64,000 nt of DNA from Takakia lepidozioides (lineage: Eukaryota; Plantae; Bryophyta): assembly GCA_030704615.1 (NCBI GenBank), contig CM060731.1, positions 33,914,001-33,978,000 on the forward strand, in the 5' to 3' direction. Below the pieces are notes generated by a model. The model ran no database searches and was not told where the DNA came from. It saw only the letters and a program-made list of their open reading frames with translations. This document shows, in pieces, positions 11,201 to 24,249 of this stretch; the stretch's first letter is position 1; the number at the start of each line of letters is the position of its first letter. The position numbers were made by a program, and so were the translations under genes.

Positions 11201-11772
11201 CCCACGCGGGTTACACAGTCCATAGGGTCAGTGACAGCTGGACGTGGGTTAACGTCCGGAAAGTGGCCGGCGGAAGAAATGACAGCTTGGAAGGCAAACG
11301 CGAAGAACTGCCACGCGGACAGGGAAAGACGGAGGAAGGTCTAGAAACAAACACGTGGTCGCCAGGGCGAAGCACACCGCAGTGCATATATTGCAAAAGC
11401 GGGTGTCATCATGCAAGAAGACAAATTGGGCCGTCAAAGTACCTACCCGGTACATCAACCCAAACTATTTGTGGGCCCATTAATGCATTCAGGGCAAGGG
11501 TAATGGAACCCTTTATGAGTATATAAAAGGGGGATCTTTGCTACATGTGCTATCCTAGTGGACATTCCAGGGGGGAAAGTCCACTGAGGGGAGTTAAATT
11601 AAGAAGTTACCCAAGGAGGCAACAGCCAATCACGAGCGAGAATTACATGAAGATGGTTTCCTCCAAGAAACAAGAGCAAGAAATTAGCAGGGTTATGAGC
11701 GCGAGAGTCGGGGTGGCTCCGAATAACCAACGTCTTGGCAGGAGAGGCAATCAAAGCTATAGCTTTGTAGCT

Positions 11773-12891
11773 ATGGCAGATATTACAGATTACACGCTCG
11801 CTTTACTCCTCACGCAGTGGCACAAGGACGGATGGGTTCAGAGTACATTCTCTCTCACTCGATACTTGCAAGCCCCACAGGCTTACACACACTTACCCGT
11901 TCCATTCTGTGCCAACCATACCTTTATGCTCTGTGCCCTGCAAGCTTTTCTTCAGCTGTTTCAAACAAGGCCTTTTTGTTTGTCTAGAGTGAAGAGAGTG
12001 AGGAGAACGGAGGATATCAGGGTGAAGAGCACCACGATACTGCAGAAACAAACAATTGCTACACCGCAGGTAGTGCAGCTGCTGAGGGAGTTGCGATTGG
12101 AGGGGCTGCTACGCAAGGAATGGTCATTGCATCATCGGCAGTATATGCTTCAGTTTCTTCAGAACTTTGAGCCTAGGACGGGAGTAACCCAGGTGAGGGG
12201 AGTAGATATAGAAATTACTCCCCAGTACCTGCAGCAATTGTTCGAATTGCCATCGGGTCATGTGGATGTGGATGAGCACAGGGCAAGATTGCAGATAGGA
12301 AATCTGTTCCAAGAAGGGAGTTTCTTTAAGACTCAAGGTTACGCTTGCACCAAAGCCGAGTACCCAGGGCTCAAAGAAGTTGGCCAAATACTGAACGTTC
12401 TGTTTGCCATGAAACAGAACCAACAGTATTTGAGCAAGTCATTCACAGAGGAGATACAGAAAGCCTTGCGAGGAGAGGATGTAGCTTGGGCAGAGTTAAT
12501 GTACAATGGTCTAGTGGAAGAAATGAAGAGGTTACAGGGCATTGCTGCTAAGTCTCCGATCATCGTGTCTGGCCCAGTCATTGCTCAGATCATTCTTGAC
12601 TCTTGCATACTTGATGCACAAGAACGTAAGGAGATGAGAGTGTTTGAGGCAGCAACAACTGCAATGGAGGAGCAGGGTTCTTCACATAGTGAGGGGGGAC
12701 TGGCAGAGCAACACAAGTCTAAGAGACATAAGAGGGGTATGATTGTAGTGGCAGATCCATTGGTTTCAAGAAAGCCGCAAGATGATGATGTTTCCCAAGC
12801 TCTTGTGCAGGATGGGGCACAGCAGCACAAAGAGCTGTTATTACTAAAAGCACGACCTTTGGAGAGGGAAGAAGAAGTCACTTTGGTACCA
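11773..12891 (+). CDS. Extra 3' ORF of the Gypsy element (resembles plant retrotransposon accessory ORFs); runs into the gap
   Basis: Long open frame downstream of integrase. FLQNF..VRGVDIEITPQYLQQLFELP and V.WA motifs resemble Athila/Tat accessory ORFs. Start codon uncertain. Confidence 0.55.
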
Positions 12892-13391
12892 NNNNNNNNN
12901 NNNNNNNNNNNNNNNNNNNNNNNNNNNNNNNNNNNNNNNNNNNNNNNNNNNNNNNNNNNNNNNNNNNNNNNNNNNNNNNNNNNNNNNNNNNNNNNNNNNN
13001 NNNNNNNNNNNNNNNNNNNNNNNNNNNNNNNNNNNNNNNNNNNNNNNNNNNNNNNNNNNNNNNNNNNNNNNNNNNNNNNNNNNNNNNNNNNNNNNNNNNN
13101 NNNNNNNNNNNNNNNNNNNNNNNNNNNNNNNNNNNNNNNNNNNNNNNNNNNNNNNNNNNNNNNNNNNNNNNNNNNNNNNNNNNNNNNNNNNNNNNNNNNN
13201 NNNNNNNNNNNNNNNNNNNNNNNNNNNNNNNNNNNNNNNNNNNNNNNNNNNNNNNNNNNNNNNNNNNNNNNNNNNNNNNNNNNNNNNNNNNNNNNNNNNN
13301 NNNNNNNNNNNNNNNNNNNNNNNNNNNNNNNNNNNNNNNNNNNNNNNNNNNNNNNNNNNNNNNNNNNNNNNNNNNNNNNNNNNNNNNNNNN
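12892..13391. other. Assembly gap (500 N)
   Basis: Run of N. Confidence 1.
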
Positions 13392-14453
13392 CAAAGGCTA
13401 GTGATCCTGACTATCCAGTTAGCAACCTTTTGGGGTGAGTTGATTGGTCTGCTCGCTTTGATCAGAAGATTATCTCACAAATTTGGTTGTTATGAACTGG
13501 GCTACTAGAGCATCTCTTCGGAGCACCAACACTGTTTTCCAAGAGGTTCATGCCAGGTTTTGCAAATAAAATCTCACTATGCTGATCCATTCCACACCAA
13601 ATCCAGGCCTGAAAGAGGCCTGTTATTGCCTTATCAGGCTGCCATCTTTAAAAACAGGGCCTCATCTTCCTTGGAACCAAACAGCCTTTGATGCCTTACC
13701 CATAAACCATAACTCCTCTTTAAGGCCAGAACAGTACCTAGCTTAATAATCCACAGGCAATGCTGTCAAAGATTCAAGACAAGGTAAAATAAGCATCAGC
13801 ATGCCAAACCAGGAGCAGGCGGGCCGAAATCGGGGCTGCAGGCACAACCAAGTAAAGACGCCATACACACTAGGTTCCCGTTGCCCACATCCGTATCTGC
13901 AAGCTCAAGAGAATTCAAAGCAAGTAGGGACCCTCACCTGGTCCCATCACAAGCCCCCACAAAAACCAACAGGTTAGTGAGGATTGTGGAACCCCAGGTG
14001 AATTACAGACCCCCACACTTGTCATCGATGTCAACTAAGAACCTCAAAAACAAGAGAGAAAGACATAAAGCAAAAGGAACCCTAATCACCAAAAGCACCT
14101 TGAGCGATGAGGGAAGATAATTGTGCGCCATCGCCACCAGCAAGCCACCTCCAGCACAGTTAAGGAGAAGTGAAGCATATAAGTATCCTTACTAGGTTTA
14201 AGAAGGGAGAGAGAGATACTTCCCAACACGAGCGCTGCCGCGAAACATAAAAGCCAAAGGAAGGAAAGAGACGATGCATTCACAGCATTGTCTCCCGCCT
14301 ATGAGAAGAGACAAAACGCCGCCATTGCGCATCCCCAGGAGCTCGTCCAGCATGGATACGAAAGCACACAAGGTAGCAGCAAAATGCAGATGCCATAACT
14401 CTCACCCCGCGAGCTCAGAAGCACGAGGAGTGCTGCTGACGGCAGGAGAGACA

Positions 14454-15090
14454 CACTAGGGCCATGCCCGATTTTTCATCCGTGCAGGATGAGTAATCAA
14501 CACTACTTTTTTCGAAACCCGACGGATGTCATCCGTTAGCTAGGTTTAAACAGTAGGTTATAGGGTAGGGGTAAGGGTTTCATTCCTTAATTAGCCGTAA
14601 TTAATTATTAAACAACAGTCCAGGGCCATCATAGGCTGCATATTTCATCCGGTTCTGATGAAAAAGTTAGTAAGTTCATCCAGATGGAGAAGGTTCGTCA
14701 GTAGGATGGAAAAACAATACATAATATCCAAGGCTACGGTTTCACATCCTTACAGGTAATTCAACATCCCAAAAAAAATGCCTCATCCAGTACGGAAAAA
14801 AGCCATGAAAGAGGAATAAACGAATTAATATCCCGGTATTTTTCATCATGGAAAAAATTAAATATAGGATGCCAGTGGCAACCCCTACAGAGGTAATTCC
14901 TCAATCTCACTCATCTGGTATGGATGAAAGTCAATAAAAGAGGAATGAAAAAATCATAGACTCAGTTTAGAGTAGTGTCCACCCAGGTAATTCATCCGGT
15001 ATGGATAAAAAATTGTTATAGGGCGGGTGAAAACACTGTTTAGATTCCATCCGGTATAGATGGAAAAACAGGAAAAAAACTGATAAAACC
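14454..15090. mobile_element. Probable DNA-transposon end with dispersed TCATCC(G)...GGATGA palindromic subterminal repeats
   Basis: About 9 copies, e.g. 14476, 14644, 14971, 14991, 15045. Begins CACTAGGGCC. Partner end not seen. Confidence 0.45.
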
Positions 15091-15256
15091 GGCCAATTCC
15101 AAGGAGGGAGGGAGAGAGAGGGAGAGAGAGGGAGAGAGAGAGAGTGAGAGGGAGACATCAGGGGCAACAAATAAAAGAAAAGAAGGTGGGGGGAGTGACC
15201 CCCCCCCCCCTGTTTTTTTTTTTTTCTTTGTTGCCCCCTCTCTTGGGGAGACAAAA

Positions 15257-16000
15257 GGGACAGATCCTACCTCTGTCGGGGGCTGACGTTGGTAGTAAGA
15301 CTTACCTTCACATATAGAATAATCTAGGTTTTCCATATATCCTCTACAAATCCCTTCACACAAGCATCAATCTGTTGTATGTGAATTGCCCAAAAACTAG
15401 GCCTCAGAAGGGGCTGGGCTTTTGGCTCAGCCTCGACACTTTCAAAGTTAGTAAACAGAGGTACATGCACAATTCCCTTGATAGATTTGAAGAGAGCGTC
15501 TCTTTGGTGAGAGAACCCCGGACAGTGTATCAGAAAATGAATAATGTCTTCAGGTTGCCCACACAACGGGCAATTGCACTCTCCCTTTCCTCTTTGCTTC
15601 TGTTTGCTTATCAAATGAAGGCTTCCCGCCCCGAGTTTAAATTTCAGTTTAGTGTCGAAAGTGGGTAGACCCTTTAGGTCATCCAAGACGTCCTCCCCCA
15701 TGTCATAGACTGGAAACAAGTTCAGGGAAGTTTTTTGCCTAACTTCATTTTCACAATCTCATGGCAACAGACATGGTTGGACACTAGAGCCTCTAAGTCA
15801 TATTTATCCAGCAGGGTGAAGATTTGCGGTTCGAGTCCTTGAGAATCTCTTCTACTGTCTTCTAGTGCCAGTGTTTGACAGGTCGGTGGGCGGTCCTGTT
15901 TCCAAGATATAGAGTCGATTAACTTAGGATATCTGGTGTTGGACATATGCTGCAGCTGACTCCACCATCTGACCTTAAACTCATCTCGTCGGGAGCTTAA
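15257..16000 (-). mobile_element. 5'-truncated LINE copy (same family as 42735-43762)
   Basis: KLKFKLGAGSL..CPLCGQPEDIIHFLIHCP; high DNA identity to about 42920-43680. Confidence 0.88.
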
Positions 16001-16280
16001 AAGAGAGGGAGAGAGAGGGAAGATACTCATGTCATGTCAAGACATGGACAAGACCCACTAGGGTCATTGTCAATTAAAGACATAAACAACCCATAAACAG
16101 GGCACCATCTAACACTTCCATTCTTGTCATGACTTCCCAATTGATTTCACCCAATCATTCATGATAAAACAGGGTGGGAGGGCGGGGTTTGTTTATGTAC
16201 AGGTCATGACAACAAGACAAGCATATAAATAAGCATCTTGTGTACTGAAAAATCAGATTGCTGCAGCATGTTCAAATTCC

Positions 16281-16760
16281 TGTAAGTAGCCCAAGACATG
16301 CACCATGCAAGGCTCCTTGGGTAGGTAAGAACAGCGGCGCCCTGCTACAGATTCAAGGTATGTTTATACAAGCACCTTGAAGGACCAGCCTACAATTTAT
16401 CAGATTTCAAACATGCAACCAAGTAATCTTCTTGGGCATGACAAAACATATTGCAACTTCACTCTTTGCCATTTGTAAGTACCCCAAGACATGCATTATG
16501 CAAAGCTCCTTGGGTAGGTAAGAACAGCCTGTTCTACTACAGATTTAGGATATGTTCATACAGGTACCTTGAAGGACCAGCCTGCAATTAATCAGATTTC
16601 AAGCATGTAACCAAGTAAACTTCTTGGGCACGACAAAACATATTGCAGCTTCACTCTTTGCCATTTGTAAGTATCCCAAGACATGCAGCATGCAAGGCCT
16701 CTTGGGTAGGTAAGAACAGCCTGCCATACTATAGATTCAAGACATGTATACACGACGAGA
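16281..16760. repeat. Tandem repeat, unit about 192 bp, about 2.5 copies
   Basis: TGTAAGTA.CCCAAGACATGCA..GGGTAGGTAAGAACAGC at 16281, 16474 and 16666. Confidence 0.9.
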
Positions 16761-17656
16761 ACGCCATCTTCGGCTGCCTTGCTCAGAACAAGTACACTAA
16801 CAAAGACCTCCTCACCTTCGATTGCAGGCTCTCGAGAACATAGACAAGTTTGCTGACCCTTTCTTGCCACTTCCCTTTCCTCCTTTCCCTTTCTCTGTTC
16901 CACTCATGGGAACATGTTCTCGAGAAGTTTTCATTGTAGACTGTTTCGAGAATTGTTTCTTTGTCTCTCTTTTCAAAAACATGGGCTCATGTTGTGAAGA
17001 ACAAACTGAGACCCATCAGTGTTGTCTTTGCAGGGATCATGAGGAATACTGGATGGCAAAGGAAAATTTCCGGAACAAGAAGACTCAGTAGCTTGAGTCT
17101 GAAGCCGAGGTCAAATTCGATACTGCCATTCATAGGCCCCTGTCAGCGTTCTCTCTCTTTGGTTTTGGCTGGTCAAACGTATGCCATTGTCTCTCTACTC
17201 TTACCGTTACCAGTGTCATTTGCTCTGTCTAGATATAGGTTGCTTCGTTGCTTCAATGGGGATTAGGTGTTGGTAGTTGAGTTCCTCGAGTGCAAATTGC
17301 AGCTCCCTGATCTTTCTGTACTTTCACAATCCCTGATCTTCATCTATTCAGTGGCGTTTGTGTGTGTCACTTGTTCACTGCCTGTCGTTTCTTCTGTTCG
17401 TTTATTCAACCCCAATGTCGATGTCCTGCACGTCTGTTTTCACATCTCCTTGCTATGACCGCCTCTGTATCCTCATCGTTCCTGCAAACGTTTGATATGA
17501 CATACCTGGTTGGGGGGGGTTGAGCCAGTGATATCACAGCCAGCAAGCAGGTTCGAAGGGAAAGGAGTATTATTAATACTAGATAGCATCGATCGTGCAG
17601 AGTATGACAATCATTAGGCCACTGCTGCTATAGCCTTCCAGTATCAGCACGGGACA

Positions 17657-17795
17657 TAGATAGAGAATGTACTCATAAGACGTTGTTTGTTGTAGCCTTG
17701 TGGCCATTGACCCGCGCCCGGTGTGAGCGGAACACAAAGGGACAGAACCTACCTTTGTCAGAGGCTGATGCCCTTAGTAAGACTTACCTTTGAAT
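17657..17795 (-). mobile_element. 3'-UTR-only copy of the same LINE
   Basis: Reverse complement matches 43628-43760, including GTCAATGGCCACAAGGCT..CGTCTTATGAGTACA and a TC-rich tail. Confidence 0.8.
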
Positions 17796-19199
17796 AAACA
17801 ATTATTGATCCGGGTTTCCCAGCTATCAGCCTTCATTGTGTTTCTCTTGTTGCTGTTGCTCATGACTGTCAGATTCCACGCAGCCTTTCCGTTGGAGTGA
17901 GTGTTGACCTTTCACCTTTTCCACCTGGGCATTCTGAAACAAAATCAGTGGGTTTCACAAGTGCCAACTTCCAGTCTGCACTATGATTCACTGAGAACCT
18001 ACAGTTCATCTGATTTCAACAGCCTGCATAACACCTACACAAGGACTATTTCCCCAAACAAGCTAGAGCAGCCACACAACAGCAGTCCCTCTTAGTACCT
18101 ACCTGTCTGTCTGGCAAATCCAACCCCCCACCGACACACTTAAAACCCTGCCAATGCACCTTTTATCCTGTGGTCCCTATACGCGTTGTCCACCTAGTAA
18201 GGTGCCAAACCAGCTTCACTAGCTGGAAGTAACAAGGGTTGTGACTAATCATCTCTCTCACAGGTGGCAACCATGATGACTAAGAGGGAGAGACAAACCA
18301 TTGCCTGTGTAGGTAATGAAGTAATCTGCAAATTCGTTGACTCGTTGCTGTAGCTACAACTCAGATCATCATCACCTCAGAAATTCTTGACTTCTCTCAC
18401 ACTTCAGAGTATGATCATAGAATTCCCTCATGAAAAGTGCTGCCTGACAATCTTTGTGCCAAAATGAGTGCATGTTCCTTGTGTCCCAGACCCCATGGTT
18501 GCAAACTGGTGGGCGTCAAATCCAATCCTCACCACCAATTTCCAGAACATAAATGTTTCATCCACATGGAAATTACGTCTGGGGATTTCATATCCCGTGA
18601 CCTAAGAATTTTTTATTTTGGAGATACTGTACTGACACATATCTGTACACATCACTATAGCTCAGACAAAATGATTCTCCACTCAAGACTTCAGTAGCAA
18701 TGATTATCCGGGTGAGATCTGGACATACATGGGTTCCCGAAGTAAGTGCCATCCAAGTGCCAAGCACGTTAGAATTCTCCTCCATAACCCCAGTAGATTC
18801 CATGTCACTTCCACGCACAATTGATGTAATTAAGACCAACCGACTATATGCACCCAACGAATCCTCATATTCGCCAAGTTTAGAAGGCACAGTGTGAATT
18901 ATTCCTCTCCAGATGAACACGTCATGAGTCTCAGGCTTGTTCACCTCTTTCCTTCTCAGATTCAACATCACCCGAGAATTCTGAATGACAGACTCAGAGT
19001 CATGTGCAAGAGCAACACATACAACCCCTAAATTCCACCGAACTTGACCCTCACTGCAATGGAAAGACCTTCCTGGATAGGGCTATGCACATGCACACCC
19101 GCTGATTGCCCCAACCATATTGATGCCACACTTGGGGCTGATGGGATTACTAAATCAGGTGGAATGGCGGGGTGTAAAGAGGGAAGTGGAGTGGTGGGA

Positions 19200-19716
19200 A
19201 GCACCTGCAAAGAAAGCTTTGGAAGGAGATGAACGACCTCACGCGATGCATGCGGGCAAATAAATGTCCAACAAACATTTCTTATCAGGTCGGCAAACCA
19301 GCCATAGCGATGCCGCTCGGACAGCTGCTGGTAAGCAACAAAAGTGTCCACCCTCAAGTTGGCTACAATGCACCGCACACACTTGTCACAAAACTCCATC
19401 CAACAAAAACACCCTGCGACCAGTGCTGCCATCACATTATCTCCAGTGAAAACTGGGCTCATACCATACATGTAGGAGAAGGCAATCTCCAGCCCCTCCG
19501 CGCTCACAGAAGGGTCATCAATCTGCAGTTCGATTTGCAGCTTTCTGTACTCTGTCCAGGGGCCTGAGAGAAGTAAATGGAAGTACGAAGACTGCAAGAG
19601 TATATCGGATAGAGCGGATAGTCCTTCCCCATAAAATTTAAGGTTATGTCCAAGAACATATGCCCCTGCAACCCCTGCTGCTGCACATGCTCGCAAAGTG
19701 CAACCCCCGCCTCCAC
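19200..19716 (-). pseudogene. BTB/POZ-BACK domain gene (germ-cell-less-like), frameshifted
   Basis: FLDITLNFMGKDYPL [frameshift] ILLQSSYFHLLLSGPWTE..IELQIDDPSVSAEGLEIAFSYMYG..LLPKLSLQVL. Confidence 0.75.
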
Positions 19717-20929
19717 CTTTTCCCCTCACTCCTCCTACTGTCCCACCCCGCCTCCTCTCTCCCCCAACCTGCTTCAAATCGCAGTGCAACCCAGAATCTC
19801 TCATCTCTCCCTCACCTGCAGCCCAGGTGTCACTCCCGTCGTCCCAGGGAAGAAGACACCTGCTGCACCTATCTCCTCCACAATGTGCAGCATCTGCTGG
19901 TCGCCAATAAATTTTCTTCTTGCATGGGCTCTGGCCTCTGCTTGCAAGCCAGGCCTCCTTCCTTAATACACGTAGTGTTATGCGCTTCTTACTCCAGTTC
20001 TTTGGATGGTTTATGGACAGGCGGCCTGCAATCGAAAGCTTCGTGGATGGTTGCTGGACTTGCACAACACATCTACCATATCGGAACCACAGCTTCACTT
20101 CACCAACATTCAGCACAAGAGGAGCAGAGCAAGGCATACAAGAGCTTGGTCGTTGATTGCGACACCTACAAAATGTACTCACGAGCCACAGACTCACATC
20201 AACTTCACTGCCTTGCAGTACAAGAAGACCCGCGAAGGACAGCAGCATGCATCAACCCCTACCTTACAGTAGCACTCTCTCTCTGCCTACTACGAATAAG
20301 CACCCCCAAATGACTCGCACTCACTCAAGCATCAATTCTGGACCAGCAAAGTACATGACAGGGGGTGCAGGCTATTTGCAACTAAGTTGTGGCGTCTCTC
20401 CATCTCGCATTGCTTCTCCCCTCCCCTCCCCCTGCTGGTACTACATAAATGGACCCATGGCACGTGTGGCTGGGCACAAGGACAGTGAGCAGCAAGGGAC
20501 ACCGATTCACGGCACTGCCAGGCACTTCCAACCCAGACCCCAAGGATTGCTAGGGATCTAGGACGCGCCTCCTCGAGGATTTGCACAACACCCACCAAAT
20601 GGATGCCTTACTGTGCATTCCATGAAGACTGCTCTCAACTCATAAGCTTGAGCACCTTAGTACTAAGCTGAATGACAGTCATCTCCAATGCCAACCCAAT
20701 CTTGCGACAGCAATCTCAACTTGTCACGCTCCTGCCACAGTTCATTAATGGAGCTAATCAAAATACCATGATTTGTCATACTTGTGGCTCATGATTGGGA
20801 CCTTTAGATGTGTGATCAAGCTACGAACAGTGGCACACAAATTTCATGACGAGGGACCACCTTGAGAAATGACCAAGTCTGACAATTCTGATCTAAATAA
20901 CACATTCATTGATTGGATATAGTTGAACG

Positions 20930-21600
20930 AAATGCAGCAATGCTGACAAGTCCATGAAGAGATGGATTGTACCCCTTCCAGAGCAAATAGAGAAGCTTGG
21001 ATGAGATTACTTTTGGCAATAGTTTCTGCGTGAGCCCTTTGCAGCATAGCTAGTTTACTTTCTGTGTCATGCACTTCAGACACCACCATTTGATGCTCCA
21101 ACTTCAACTGCCACCACCACAATGTTAGTCCCTTTCCGATCATAGAGAAAGAAGACTCTGGCCAAAACCAGTGTAACTAAGAGCCACTTCACTCCATGGC
21201 CACCCCATTCCAATTACATCAAAAATAGGAGACAGGAATATCCAAACTTACATGGACCTTTGCCACTTCTAACAACTTGGCTGCACCCCCATGACAAAAC
21301 TCTTTGGAACTAAAATCATGGGACTTGGTCAAAGTTTATGTATAGTTGACTTGTTGGCAACTGTAAACTGCTATACCATGACATGCTCAAACAGACCTGA
21401 CTTTGGGTTAACCCATACCTCCTCTTTGAAAGCTCATAGCCCTAACAATCCTCATTTTGCAGGCAAGTATTACCATTTGAAGCCTCTCTTGAGCATCTTT
21501 TTGCTTCAATTGCGACTTCTCCAGTATGCGGTTAGTTGCTGCCAGCTCCCCTTCCAGTCTCTGCATCAACCAATCATAGGCATCCAAATATTTCAAACTA
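20930..21600 (-). pseudogene. Possible exon remnants of a coiled-coil protein gene
   Basis: Heptad-like segments LMQRLEGELAATNRILEKSQLKQKDAQERLQ and LKLEHQMVVSEVHDTESKLAMLQRAHAE. No complete model. Confidence 0.3.
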
Positions 21601-22627
21601 AAAGGAGCCATGATGTACTCTTTGATTGTTAGCAGTGAACATTTGATGTGATGTATGCTTCAAGCATGGCCCTGTAGATGCTCTTAGCCATTTACATGGT
21701 TGTCCCCCACCCTGATACGAAAGGAGACACTGCTCAGTTATGCCAATCATGGGTGATTGAGTGTTGATTCCAAAGGCTGGCATTGACATTAGTTTAGTGG
21801 AACTTATTTCAGCACTGTAATGTAGCCATTTGCGCATGACACACGTAACAAACAACTGTTGCTGGACTGCCAATCACACTGTCATGGAAAAGGGAGGAGG
21901 AAAGGGAAAAGTGAGTAGCTCTCCTAGAAACTGAAATGCCGACCTCACTGTTGGTTCAAGGCCAGGATGTGTTGACAAAACACAAACCATTGACAGCAGC
22001 AACGGAAATTCTTATGGTTGTTCCTCGTGAATTTGCCAATGTCATATAACATTGAGGTATAGTGCCTTCCCATTGCTAAACCTTTCAGATCTGGTCATGG
22101 GGTTTCCATCTAACAGGTATAGATCCTAAATCTCATTGCTTGAAAAACACCACGACACAGGGAGTGAGTGCGGATGTAGGGGCTGGCATTAACTAGAATT
22201 ATTACATCGATTCCAGCGCTACTTATGTAACCCAGTCTGTATGACACATTGCAAGTCACATATTGAGGAGGCCACTGAAGATAGAGAGAGAGTAGGTTAG
22301 ATGATGGCTAGTACATTCTTATGAAGGTGTAATTGGATCTTACTTGGTTTTGCTAGTTTCCTGCCTTCCGTCATGCAATATCTGGCACCGTATCTGAGCT
22401 TGAGAGTGCCTCTCTGAGAACCCAACCCTCTCCACGTCTGCTTGCTGCAACGTCTTTTGTAAGGACAGGATATTGGTGATCATTCTCTGCAAGGAAATAT
22501 TCAAAGTCTGGGACAAGATCTTTTTGACGGCAATACGGACCGGGGGGTGGACCAACAGGGCCCCCTTCAATGCGCGCCTTCTTTCGATGAACTGCTGTAT
22601 GCACAGCCACACACTGTGACACAAGAT

Positions 22628-22716
22628 ATCAGTCCCCTCTTTCTCTCGCCTCCGGGCCCAGGGTCTATGGCCACAAGGCTCCGGCAAGCAACGTCTTATG
22701 GGTACATTCTTCTGTC
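22628..22716 (+). mobile_element. Short 3'-end copy of the same LINE
   Basis: GGGTCTATGGCCACAAGGCT..CGTCTTATGGGTACATTCT matches the LINE 3' terminus. Confidence 0.7.
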
Positions 22717-24249
22717 CCTCCTAGAAGATAAAGCGGTGCATGTGAGAGAGCTGACTTTAATATATGGCTAAGTTATCTGTTCTGCCAACAGAGGCTCGAG
22801 ACAGGAACTGAAAGGAAGTTGACATTGCAACATCTGGAAAAGAAATTTAAAAACAGACTTAGCAAGATCATGGAGTTGTTCGTGCAGGATGAAAAGGAGC
22901 TGGAAGAAGGGCTCGAAGATTACAATACCCAGTACTGGCAGTACTGTACCTCTGAGATCAGCAAATTAGAAGCTTTTTTTTGGTTTGGGATGAGACGAGA
23001 GCAATCTGAGCTAGAAGATCGCATCTACATTACTCTGTCTTGAACGAGGCCGGAGGGTTGTTTCAAAGTTTGATTTGAAAGTTTTTGAGATATATTCTCT
23101 ATCACTGTCCAACAAATTGCATCGGATACTGATTATGGAAGGGTATTGGAACCAGCGATGATAGGCGCTAAAACTAGTATAGTTCCTACCCTGGGGAGAG
23201 GCTACAAGAAATCAGGTTACCTACACGTTCCCCTTCCGCACAGATGGACCACAGGAGTGCTTGAGGAGGCTTGCTGGATTTTTGCTGGTCCTGTGCAGCA
23301 TGTCTAGTAGTTCGACATGCTTCCAACCCCCAGCCCCCTTGCTGAGCAACTTGCATCTCCACTTCCAGTTCTCTGTCTCCTCATGGGCTTGACCAACCTG
23401 CCCCAATTACAATGTGGACCAGATGCCAGGGCACATAGGCCGGATGCAGCCATGTATCTCCAACATCAATCTCTGTTATATACATTTCTCCCCCTGCTGT
23501 GCACCCCAATGGACAAATCACTCCACTACCAGGCAGCATACATGGACCAGAGCAGTGCTTGCGAAAGCCTGCTGGCTTTTTGCTGGGGCCGTACAATGTA
23601 CATGCAATCCATATTCCGTTGTGCAGCAAGTACCGGGACACAAAAGGAGCCAACGGCTTGATGTGATGGCAGGAGCTTGCTGGTCTCACACATATGTGCA
23701 AAGTACCTACTATGGGAATTACACCCCTCCCCCCCCCCCTACTGGGGTCAGTTCCCTCAGCTCCTGTTTCAGTGCCCTCACTTGTTCATACCCTCCCCCC
23801 CACCTCTCCACTCTATTTACCTATTTCACATCTACTAGTCTGGCATTTGTCTACTTTCCACTCTGCAACTGTGGGATCAAGTGCGTTACTAAAACCGTCA
23901 TTCAAAAATTATGCTTTACACATTCCAGACCACTCCACTCTTCACCAAAAGTCCCCCATTTCAGGGGACAAAGTGGACTACTCAAATATATTCAAACATG
24001 ATTTCGCAATACATACTCAAATAATTTGCGTTGCATCAAACCAGTCATGTCAAAAATATTTAGTTTCAAGAATTCAGACATGAATCTACACTATATTCTC
24101 AGACTATCTTGGCTGAAACAAAGCAGTTCTGTACAAAATTTCTGACATAACCACAAAATGAAACAGGTCCTGCGCCCTTCAAGTACTCCATCTGTGCCTG
24201 CAAATACATATAAAATACCAAAACACATAACTTAGAAACAACAATAAGT

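Larger units (their letters stand above)
9241..12891 (+). mobile_element. Degenerate non-chromovirus (Athila/Tat-like) Ty3/Gypsy retrotransposon, truncated by the gap
   Basis: Purine tract GAAGGGGGGGGA followed by TG at 9241, then an integrase and an extra downstream ORF. CACAGC-rich repeats at about 9470-9540 and 11091-11200. Confidence 0.75.

Noticed and set aside
12585-13401. ORFs extending through X residues
   Set aside because: Artefact of the 500-N gap.
13392-14460. Gene with signal-peptide-like ORF 14086-14283
   Set aside because: Short, no recognisable domain and no consistent splice model.
19028-20313. 406-aa (-) and 217-aa (+) ORFs as whole genes
   Set aside because: Only about 19200-19716 (-) is BTB-like. 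The rest is low-information read-through or antisense shadow.
22340-23700. Several protein-like short ORFs
   Set aside because: Could be exon debris, but no family or coherent gene model could be supported.
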